This document shows positions 50,562 to 59,652 of a stretch of DNA of 64,000 nucleotides, in pieces (position 1 is the first letter of the stretch; every line of letters begins with the position of its first letter). The notes under the pieces are model-generated. The model ran no database searches. It was given only the letters and a program-made list of their open reading frames with translations, and was not told the DNA's origin. Both the position numbers and the translations under genes were made by a program. Source of the stretch: a virus (Duplodnaviria > Caudoviricetes); the IMG/VR virus record IMGVR_UViG_2841817361_000001, positions 1 through 64,000 of that record. One strand, written 5' to 3'.

Positions 50562-51017
50562 ATGAAACAACTAAAGATTGAAATTCCAGAAGGATTTAAA
50601 GTAGATGAATTTAATCCAGAATCAGGTATTATTAAATTCAAACCTATACCACAGAACATTAAGGATAGAATTAAAACACTGGATGATGTTTATAACTATC
50701 ATGACATAGATAAAGATGAATTTAATAGAAGTTTCAAATCATGTACAGAAGATGAAATTGCATACAAACACTTGAAATTAATAACATCAGCTCTAAATGA
50801 AGGCTGGGAGCCAGATTGGGGGAATGGACAATGGGATAAGTGGTTCAACTGGTTCAATATGCCATCGAAAAATGGCCGGTTCTCGTTCGACGGCTCCTAT
50901 GGTCGGAGCTCGTGTTCGGCTTGCGCTGCCCGCCTTTGCTTTAAATCAAAAGACCTTGCTGAGTATGCTGCAAAGCAATTTTTAGAGGTATATGAGAAAT
51001 ATATGGTTATTAAGTAA
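50562..51017 (+). CDS. DGR target protein 1 (remote target)
   Basis: Contains VR1; paralog of the 62815 and 63312 genes (ALNEGW.PDW, ARLCFKS). Confidence 0.9.
   Translation: MKQLKIEIPEGFKVDEFNPESGIIKFKPIPQNIKDRIKTLDDVYNYHDIDKDEFNRSFKSCTEDEIAYKHLKLITSALNEGWEPDWGNGQWDKWFNWFNMPSKNGRFSFDGSYGRSSCSACAARLCFKSKDLAEYAAKQFLEVYEKYMVIK
50873..50938 (+). repeat. DGR variable repeat VR1
   Basis: 18 mismatches to TR 63724-63789, all at TR adenines. Confidence 0.95.
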
Positions 51018-51254
51018 AATCTTAGTTTTATGAAGCATGTATTATACATAGTGATTTGTTTAGCAGGAATAATTTCATTAATAAATTTTTTGGAATCAAA
51101 ATCTAATAAAGTAAAAAGTGCAAAACTTCAATGTGAATTAGGAATGAATCTATACAAACTAGAAATAACTAAATATAAAGGAAATTTTAAAAAGTCAGAT
51201 TCAGCATATAATTCAGATATAGATAGAATACTAAATGATATTTATAAAAAATAA

Positions 51255-51656
51255 ATGAATCCAATAGTAACATTTGACTTCGACAAGACTTTATCCAGAA
51301 CAGATGTTCAACAATACGCTAAACAACTTATTAAAAGAAATATAATAGTTTGGGTTGTTACAGCTAGATATGATGAACTCCATAAACATAGATGGATCAT
51401 TAATCCATGCAATGAAGATCTACATAAAGTTATTGAAGAAGTTGGAATACCAAGACATCAAGTTAGGTTCCAATGTATGACACCAAAGTCAGATTACTTA
51501 AAACATACAAAAGTACTTTGGCACTTAGATGATAATGAAGATGAACTATACAGTATTAAAATTAATAGTGATGTAAATCCGATTGATGTTAATTTTTCAA
51601 CTTGGAAAGAAGAGTGCGAAGCTTTATTGGAAAAATATTTAAAACAAATCAAATAA
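51255..51656 (+). CDS. HAD-superfamily hydrolase
   Basis: TFDFDKTL, VVTAR, K, HLDD motifs. Confidence 0.8.
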   Translation: MNPIVTFDFDKTLSRTDVQQYAKQLIKRNIIVWVVTARYDELHKHRWIINPCNEDLHKVIEEVGIPRHQVRFQCMTPKSDYLKHTKVLWHLDDNEDELYSIKINSDVNPIDVNFSTWKEECEALLEKYLKQIK

Positions 51657-51913
51657 TTATGCAAAGACTGCTAACATTTATCTACGGAATATTTTGGCTT
51701 ATCATAGGTTCTATTTTATGTCCGTCAAAAAAAGAATTACTAGAGAATTTTAATGTATATGTAGTTATATATTTAATATTAACCTTGTATTCTTTTATTA
51801 AAGGCTTTAAAAAAATGGATAAAGCAACTGAATGATATTACTACTAGTTGGGTTCACAGTTCTAATGATAACACTAGGATACTTAAAGCACAAATACAGA
51901 AAATACTAATTAA

Positions 51914-52360
51914 ATGTTTGATAAAAGTTCGCATTTTTATACAAACATATACCAATGAAATGGTGATGTTAATGTAAAAGAATACAAGGCTCCAACAGAT
52001 GAAAGTATCAGAATACTTAATGAATTTGAGAAAAAATCTGAGGAGAATATTGTAAATAAAATTAATGTTAAAATATCAACTATTGATACAGTTCATATTG
52101 GATTCTCACATGATCCATGTCTTTATGGAATAAACCATTTTGTCAAGTTTAATTTAAATGGAGAAGAACACAAACTTAAATATAATGTTGAATATGAAGA
52201 ATATGATAACAATAAATGCTTTGGAATTCCATTTAATATAGCTGAACATCTAATTGAATATATGTCAAGAGCAATTGCAAAAGAAGTATTACTTAAAGGA
52301 TATCCTAATGAAGTAATAAAGTCATATGAAAAACATTTAAACAGACAAGGAAATTATTAA
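51914..52360 (+). pseudogene. 148-codon ORF interrupted by one in-frame TGA at 51956-51958
   Basis: Manual translation: MFDKSSHFYTNIYQ*NGDVNVKEYKAPTDESIRILNE...RQGNY*; ends 2 nt before the next ATG. Confidence 0.7.
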
Positions 52361-52362
52361 CC

Positions 52363-52758
52363 ATGAGAATAATTGTAGCAGGATCAAGAGAATTTAACGA
52401 CTACGAATTTCTTAAAAGTAAGTTAGATGAAATTGTAGCAGATGAAAATAATGTAGAGATAGTTTGTGGAATGTCAAAAGGTGCAGATTTATTAGGTAAA
52501 CAATATGGAGAAGAAAGAAACTTTTGCGTTCACGAATATCCTGCTGAATGGAATAACATAGAAGACAAACATCCAGGAGAAATTAAATCTAATAAAAATG
52601 GTAGATACTGGATAAGGGCTGGAATAGTTAGAAATGAAACTATGGCACAGAATGCAGATATGTTAGTAGCATTTAGAGTTAACAAATCTTCTGGAACTTC
52701 CAACTTGATTGAATTAGCTAAAAAGTATAAACTGAAAACAATTGTAATAGATATTTAA
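52363..52758 (+). CDS. SLOG family (DUF2493/YspA-like) protein
   Basis: IIVAGSR, IVCGMSKGAD, AGIVRN..MA and SSGT motifs. Confidence 0.85.
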   Translation: MRIIVAGSREFNDYEFLKSKLDEIVADENNVEIVCGMSKGADLLGKQYGEERNFCVHEYPAEWNNIEDKHPGEIKSNKNGRYWIRAGIVRNETMAQNADMLVAFRVNKSSGTSNLIELAKKYKLKTIVIDI

Positions 52759-52761
52759 TAA

Positions 52762-53205
52762 ATGAAAATATTAGCCTTAGACATTGCTACTACAACAGGA
52801 TATTCATCATCATCAGGAGAATCAGGAACTTTTAATTGCTCTTTCAAAAAAGGAGAATCAGGATCTATAAGATTACTCCGATTCAGAAATAAAGTTACTG
52901 AACTATTAGACTTAATAAAACCAGACATTGTTGCCTATGAAAGATCAGCCGGAAGAAATACCCACTCAATTAAAACACAATCTGAAATGATTGGAGTATT
53001 AACTTTAATGCTGGAAGATAGAAATATTCATTATGCTTCTTACTCCCCTTCTGAGGTTAAGAAATTTTTTACAGGTAAAGGAAATGCCTCCAAAGAATAT
53101 ATGATTAAAACGGCTAAAAAAAAGTATCCTGAAATTGAGATAATAGATGACAATCATTCAGATGCATTGGCAATTTTAGAACTAGCTCAGTCTGATTTGT
53201 TGTAG
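52762..53205 (+). CDS. ruvC: RuvC-like Holliday junction resolvase
   Basis: ILALDIATTTG, AYE, VKKFFTGKGNASK, DNHSDALAI. Confidence 0.85.
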   Translation: MKILALDIATTTGYSSSSGESGTFNCSFKKGESGSIRLLRFRNKVTELLDLIKPDIVAYERSAGRNTHSIKTQSEMIGVLTLMLEDRNIHYASYSPSEVKKFFTGKGNASKEYMIKTAKKKYPEIEIIDDNHSDALAILELAQSDLL

Positions 53206-53616
53206 CGAACCATCAGTTGCGTTCACCAACCATATCTTAGTAACACACAAAAGCCCATGATATGGTAATTGAAAAAGGCATTATTATCCCAGCCTTCCTA
53301 TTAGAAGAAGAGTTTGAACTAGATAATATCAATGAAGAAGAAGATGAATTTGAAGATGATATTGAAAAGCTAGTTAAAAACTCACTAAATGAAAAACCGG
53401 AAGAAAAAATTCCATTCTTTCAATCAGAATTAATAAACATTCTTTTCTACGATATTTCAAATATAACTCCAGCTTCAGATAAATACTATGGTGATAATTG
53501 CAGCATTATTTTATCTGGTGGAAAAGAATACTTCACAAACTTACCAATAGAAAGTATTCAAAATAAAATATATAACCTAAAACGAGAAGAAAACCTTTTA
53601 TATATATCTAATTGAA

Positions 53617-53920
53617 ATGAATAAATTCCTATTACTGCTTATACCTATTCTACTAATAAGTTGCAATGAACAACCTTTTACAGGCTATTGTGTTGGTAAG
53701 AAAAAAAACTGAAGGTCATCTAAGTGATCAAGAGGGAAGAATTATAAAATATGCTGTAATTGTCCCTCATGTACCAATGATTAGAAAGTCAAAACCAACT
53801 TGGGTTAAAACATCTTATCAAGTAGCAATTGCAAACTATGATACACATAAAATAAAGAATGTAGATTCAATTACCTTCTTTAGAATGAAACTTGGTGAAA
53901 AGTATACTTTTAAAAACTAA
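53617..53920 (+). pseudogene. Lipoprotein gene frameshifted at an A8 tract (53701-53708)
   Basis: MNKFLLLLIPILLISC signal stops at TGA right after A8; removing one A fuses it to the 53666-53920 frame. Confidence 0.65.
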
Positions 53921-54157
53921 ACTATGACAGATAAAAAAGCAAAGGAAATTGGGTTCACTCATAAAGGCAGAATGTATGGTGTACCAATTTATTTTTTCAA
54001 TAATGGAGATTATCACATACATTCTAAAAACTTTTTATGGAGTATTTATTTAGATATGCTAATATTCTTAGACATAAAAGTATTCAAAATAAATGACTCA
54101 TTTGAGATTGATTATGTACATAAATTAGATTAATAATTCCCGTTTACAAAATAAGAT

Positions 54158-54628
54158 ATGTCAGACAGATTTAAATACATACAAGATTATGCAGCTAATA
54201 ATCCAAGACTATGTTATAGTGCATTAGAATTTTTACTAGGAGACTATATTGGACAAGGCTGTTCAAGAACCGTTTTCAAGTATGCTTTAGATCCTAAATA
54301 TGTTGTTAAAATAGCAAAATCCGGAAGTTTTGATAATATACTTGAATATGAAATCTGGTGTAACATTAGATATACTGATCATAAAAAATATTTTGCCCCA
54401 TGCTCATGGATTAGTGATGATGGAGTTATAATGCTTCAAAGAAAAACAAAACCTATCTATACACTTCCTGAAACTCTACCTTCATATTTCAGTGATATAA
54501 AACCAGATAACTTTGGAATGATTGGTAAACAAATAGTTGCACATGATTACGCTTTCAGTTTAGACCGATTTATAGCACTAACTAATTTAAATAAAACCAG
54601 AAAAGTAAAATCAATATATTCAAAATGA
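54158..54628 (+). CDS. Minimal protein-kinase-like protein
   Basis: IGQGCSRTVF Gly loop, VVKIA, E, SDIKPDNFG catalytic loop, HDY. Confidence 0.7.
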   Translation: MSDRFKYIQDYAANNPRLCYSALEFLLGDYIGQGCSRTVFKYALDPKYVVKIAKSGSFDNILEYEIWCNIRYTDHKKYFAPCSWISDDGVIMLQRKTKPIYTLPETLPSYFSDIKPDNFGMIGKQIVAHDYAFSLDRFIALTNLNKTRKVKSIYSK

Positions 54629-56692
54629 AACACCTCCTATCAATACCAAAAGAATTCAAACAAATGCATATCGATAAATTCAAACAATACTTGGATGAAG
54701 GTTATGAAATTATCGAAGAAACACAAGTAAATGATTTCAAGTGCTACGTGTTTGAAAAGAAATTTGAATCTGTTGTTGACCAACTAAAAAATGAAATGAT
54801 GTCAAAACGAATTTTATCAAGATTCGTTTACTAATCAAAATTTACAGAAGTATAAGGTTACACCAGCAAATGAAAAAGATTTAAAAGTTAGCCCTTTTAT
54901 ATTTGATGAGATTGGTCAATATCCATATAACCAAACACAACTTACTCCAAGAACTTATACAGATTCAGAATTAGCACTTAGTGTATCAGTTGAAATGTTC
55001 CAGTTAATAAAAGATAGAATAGCAAATGGAAAATAACTTAGAAAACAAATCAATGTTTTTCGCTCAATACTATGGGCAAAATGTAAAAAGAAGTTATTTA
55101 CCTGAGCAAACTTCATTACAGGTAATTGACAGAGAAGTTTTTTGGATAGGACATTTAATAATAAATGGATACTTTAGAACTAAATATGAAGAAGCTTTAA
55201 AAAATCTAACAAACTTTGATGAAGATTACTTCAACGATGAAAACAGAATAAAACTTTATGTATTACTTTCATCATTACAGAACAAAGAAATAATGTCACA
55301 TCTCCAAGACATCTATACCATAAGCCAACAAATACCACCTTCAGAATATCAAGTTATTGAAATGATAAATGAACTACTAGATCAAGGTGTTGAATTTTAG
55401 GCTTAAATAAGATGATTAAATCAATTTAAAAGTGAAATCCATATAAATTGTCACAATAATTATTTTGATTGATTTATAACGCCTTAAAATTATTAGAAGA
55501 TGAAAGTAACAATCATTAGTCTTTTTATATTGAAAATTAACGAATGATAGAGTTGAATGTCCAGTATATTTTGAGAGGGGGAGAAAAAAAATTGAGATAA
55601 AACATGAAAAAAAACAACCCGGCACCTTGTAAATAGGCAAATGATTTTCTGATTTCAAACTCGATTTTATACAGATCATAATACTATTGGATAAGTAATT
55701 CAATTAAACATATTGCCATACAAAAGGATGTCTAAATCATTCTTAACAAAAGGTTGGAATATGTAGGTAGTAATGGGTATATAAAAATATTTTTCTGGTA
55801 AAAATTAGTTGCGTCTTCTTTATGGAGACGGTACACTAAATATAATCGCTAAGGGTATATAAATTATTTAATTAATAATACAGCCTCGGGAAAACAAAGA
55901 CATAGTTAAATATAATTATAGGTTTACATAAATAATTAATACCATATACCGTATAATATTGAATATTCAATATTTAATATTTCAGGAATCAATAATGCGT
56001 TTACTTTAATTTGAAATAGTATTATATATTATTCAATAAACACGCCTATAAAATATCAATAATAACATGGTTACATTACATTTCTTGATAACTGCATGTA
56101 TTTTATCGAACACTCTATTGCATTATTCGCAAAAGCTAACGGAAAAGTATTAGTTCAAAAACTATAATAAATACTATATTTTTAGAATATTTACTAGATT
56201 AAATAGAATGTAAGGTTAAATAAGTGTTATATATATAATATAGTGAATAAACGGCTTAAATTCAGGTTTAAATGATTAATGTAATATAGTAAGATTGAAA
56301 ATAAATATTATTGCTTGTATAGTGGTTAAATAAGCTTATAGTGTTAATTAGTATGTGTTATGATGATTAAGTACTCTAATAATATTATTTATTGACGTTA
56401 TTTGTTATTGTGTTTTAATTATTATACTGGTTTATGCCCTTCGGGCTTTCTTAACTCTTTCTACTTATATATTACTCTTATTCTCTTAGTGTGGTTTCCC
56501 TCTGTTAGTAAACGCAAAAGATTCTAATTTACTATTAATAAAAAATCCCTAACATTTAAGCTGGGGATTTCTTTTGGTATTTACTTACAACTTATTATAT
56601 TTACTTTAGGTTATCCTAATTGTGTCAACGGTGAAATGAAGAAGCACCGAAAATGACACGGTGATGGTTGTCATTATTAAACTTGTAACATC

Positions 56693-56794
56693 ATGGCGGC
56701 AAAACCTAAAAACAAGTTCGTTAAAGTAAATAAACCAACCAAGGATGGTAGAACTTACTTTTTCAGAAGTAAACCTAAAAGCTGTAATAAGTAA
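56693..56794 (+). CDS. Small basic ORF (33 aa)
   Basis: MAAKPKNKFVKVNKPTKDGRTYFFRSKPKSCNK, followed by a hairpin and T-tract. Confidence 0.5.
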   Translation: MAAKPKNKFVKVNKPTKDGRTYFFRSKPKSCNK

Positions 56795-56966
56795 TTAGGC
56801 TGCAACCAGGAGTTAATTCTTCTGGTTGTTTTTGTTATATACAAATATAGTGTATTTAGTATTATAGTTTTGTCTGCTGGTGTTGGCTTTTATTTGTAAA
56901 CGCAAATTCTTCTATTTGGCACATCATTTGAAAAATAATTATATATTTACTACTTAAATCAAAATC

Positions 56967-57377
56967 ATGAAATATTATAAACATTTACTCATTCTTTCAT
57001 TTGTATTTTTTGCGTTTACTACCTTATTTTCTTGCAGTAGTAATAGAGATGATAATAATAATGTAAACAATAGATCTGTTGACATAGTTACATACACTGA
57101 GTTACCAGATAAACCCTATTTACTTTTAGGTAAAGATTTTTCTATTGAAACAAAAGGAAAATGGGAGAAAAAAGGCATTCTTTTAGGCAATAATGTAGAC
57201 CCATTTAACTTACAGGTCCGTTATCCTAATGGTAATTTAAATGCTGATTATGTTATTATATTAGAGATGTACGAAAATGGTAAACAGATTTATAGAATTG
57301 GCGGAAAAGGAAAAATAGATCTAGAATTAAAAGAAGGTAATATTAGTCTTAAGTCTAATTATATTTTACCAAAATAG
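56967..57377 (+). CDS. Lipoprotein (moron-like)
   Basis: Signal peptide with lipobox LFSC followed by SSNRDD. Confidence 0.75.
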   Translation: MKYYKHLLILSFVFFAFTTLFSCSSNRDDNNNVNNRSVDIVTYTELPDKPYLLLGKDFSIETKGKWEKKGILLGNNVDPFNLQVRYPNGNLNADYVIILEMYENGKQIYRIGGKGKIDLELKEGNISLKSNYILPK

Positions 57378-57394
57378 ATTAACACTATTAAACC

Positions 57395-57733
57395 CTATTC
57401 TTTTTCTTCCTTGATATCATCTATCTGATTTTTAATGTTCTCATTTTCATATTCTAAATCATCTATTCTATCAGAATTGTCATCATATTTATAATTAGGT
57501 ATGTTAGGTTGAGTATTATTATCCTCTAAATCTAAAATTTTATTTTCCAACTCTTCAACACGATCATTTAGATCATCCACTTGATCATTTAGTTGAATAG
57601 TATTTTTTATTAGCTTCTTAATAATATCTTCATCTCTAATATGTTTCTTTGGAAATATTAATTTTGTTGATCCATAATAAGCAAATGAAATATAAGCTAT
57701 AAAAACTAATGATATAAAAATACTCTTTTTCAT
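57395..57733 (-). CDS. Membrane-anchored coiled-coil protein
   Basis: N-terminal TM segment, heptad repeats. Confidence 0.6.
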   Translation of the reverse strand: MKKSIFISLVFIAYISFAYYGSTKLIFPKKHIRDEDIIKKLIKNTIQLNDQVDDLNDRVEELENKILDLEDNNTQPNIPNYKYDDNSDRIDDLEYENENIKNQIDDIKEEKE

Positions 57734-57936
57734 CTTCTTGGAGCTCTTCTAGTATAAGGTTGAACATAAGTTCCATTTTTTCTATAATACCCTTTAACAT
57801 GAACTGTTCCAGAACTATATCCACTAGAATACCCAGAACTAGGATAACTTGAATTATAATATACATCATTATTATAGCTGCCACATGAAGCAAAAACAAT
57901 AAATACGATAAAAAGTAAAAGTTTTTTCATAAACAT
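57730..57936 (-). CDS. Small lipoprotein
   Basis: FASC lipobox; VHVKGYYRKNGTYVQPYTR motif. Confidence 0.7.
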   Translation of the reverse strand: MFMKKLLLFIVFIVFASCGSYNNDVYYNSSYPSSGYSSGYSSGTVHVKGYYRKNGTYVQPYTRRAPRR

Positions 57937-58490
57937 TATTTTACATAATCTTTAGCAAGATAATTTAAAAATTCCCTAAACTCTTTAAATGTGCTTTGTT
58001 TTTTAAACATTTCTGTTATCCTTTTTTCAGAATACAAAGTATTATTTACTAAAAAATTCATTAAATCGTCAAAAGCTACAAACTTGTAATTTTCTTTTGT
58101 AATATATATTTTGTTTTCCTCTATATCATCTAATAATAATTTATAATAACGTGAAAGATTTTCTTCATATTCATTCATAGTATTTTCAATTTTTCCACAC
58201 CATATTATACGTTTACTTTCTTCTTCAATCCTTGGAATCATTTCTATATTACTCTCAATAGCTTTAAGTTCAATTTTATTATTATCATTTATGAAATTCT
58301 TCCTATAGATCCACTTATTAGATAAATTAATAGTATTAATAGAATTGACTTTTGCTTCAATTTTTCTAGTTTCCTGCTTAAGGATATTTAATCTTGAATA
58401 TAAAGTTTCCATTTTTTTTGTCCCCTCCAATGTTTGACTATATAATATTGAATTAAACAATAAAAAAACTACCTTAATAAGCTTGATCAT
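57936..58490 (-). CDS. Secreted hypothetical protein
   Basis: Signal peptide ending YSQ. Confidence 0.55.
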   Translation of the reverse strand: MIKLIKVVFLLFNSILYSQTLEGTKKMETLYSRLNILKQETRKIEAKVNSINTINLSNKWIYRKNFINDNNKIELKAIESNIEMIPRIEEESKRIIWCGKIENTMNEYEENLSRYYKLLLDDIEENKIYITKENYKFVAFDDLMNFLVNNTLYSEKRITEMFKKQSTFKEFREFLNYLAKDYVK

Positions 58491-58589
58491 AAAATTTATT
58501 TTAGCTAAAATTAACTTTTAACTCCTTATGTAATTTAAAATTTAACATACTTTAACATTAATATATGTTGTACAAATAAAAAACATACG

Positions 58590-58790
58590 TAAATTTGTCA
58601 TGTTCACATCATCGCTATAGGTATTTATGCTTATAGCACCAAAATTTAAAGTATAAAAATATTAAGCCTCGGAGGTGTCGTATAGTCGTAAGGCTATACA
58701 CTTCAATGCGTAAGCGATGATGTGAACAGCACCCACCCGGGGCGTTTTATGTTTAAATAATTTTAAATTTAAATATTATGTTCACATCAA
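58590..58790 (+). ncRNA. Structured C4-like antisense leader RNA with its own promoter
   Basis: TAAATTTG at 58590; 16-nt box 58601-58616 is the exact complement of 58713-58728; the box core recurs at the start codon (58778-58789). Confidence 0.65.
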
Positions 58791-59434
58791 ATTCAAGCAC
58801 AGACAGTGCGCAATTAAAAGACAATGCAACGAATAACAGTAGTTCATTGCAATTCACAAAAGATCAGTATGATGTTTTTTCTAAGATTCTTTATGATACT
58901 ATATCATTGAAAAGGATTAGTAAACTGATTGCTATTGACCCTATAAACGGGATCGATACTATTTCACTGCTTTTAAATGTTAAAATAGGATCTAAATTAC
59001 ATCAAAAATTTAATGACGCTTTAACTAATCATTACTTTCAGGTAACAGATTATGCCGTTGCAACTATTATTTGCGAGATAGAAAGTTTATTTATAAACGC
59101 AAAATCTCCAAAAATACCACCTACTAAATTTACAAATCCAGTAAAAAGAAAAATTCCCATAATAACTAGGAAGAAAATTAAACCTAAAAAGGAAGCAGTT
59201 AAACCCGTAATAGAAATAAATCACGAATTAATTACAGCTTCCGGTATTGCCGAACTATTAAATATATCTAAAGCTTCAGTTTACAAATATTATAGAGATA
59301 AATTAAAAGTAATTGCTGTAAGTAATGATAGCAGAACTTTATTTTTCAGTAAAAAAGATGTTTTAAAGCTTCATAAGGAAAGAAAAACTAAAAAGCCTAT
59401 AAATATCAGCTTAAATAAAAATTACTACTTCTAA
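58778..59434 (+). CDS. Regulatory protein with a C-terminal excisionase/MerR-type HTH
   Basis: LITASGIAELLNISKASVYKY...FFSKKDV. Confidence 0.65.
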   Translation: MFTSNSSTDSAQLKDNATNNSSSLQFTKDQYDVFSKILYDTISLKRISKLIAIDPINGIDTISLLLNVKIGSKLHQKFNDALTNHYFQVTDYAVATIICEIESLFINAKSPKIPPTKFTNPVKRKIPIITRKKIKPKKEAVKPVIEINHELITASGIAELLNISKASVYKYYRDKLKVIAVSNDSRTLFFSKKDVLKLHKERKTKKPINISLNKNYYF

Positions 59435-59471
59435 CCTATTATTTAAATAAGCTTATTACATAACAACTACT

Positions 59472-59504
59472 AAGAGTTTTCCAAAACGGAGGCTCTTTTT
59501 TTTT
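59472..59504 (+). terminator. Rho-independent terminator
   Basis: aagagtttttcc-like arm / ggaggctctt arm followed by a T run. Confidence 0.7.
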
Positions 59505-59644
59505 GCTTTACAAGTAAATAAAATTACTTTTTACAACAATAAACAAACGTTAAAAGTTAAATTTTGATTATTGATTTTCAATTACTTACATAATTCATAT
59601 ACTTTTTATGTAATTTATATTTGCATTTAATGTAATTAATTGTA

Positions 59645-59652
59645 TACATTTG
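59645..59652 (+). promoter_or_regulatory. Bacteroidota -7 promoter element (TACATTTG) for the early operon
   Basis: TAnnTTTG with an upstream TTTG. Confidence 0.6.

Noticed and set aside
50797-50985. 62-aa ORF nearly identical to ORF 63080-63268
   Set aside because: Alternate-frame shadow of the duplicated GC-rich VR region inside the real DGR target genes
55400-56960. CRISPR array in the long intergenic region
   Set aside because: No regularly spaced direct repeats
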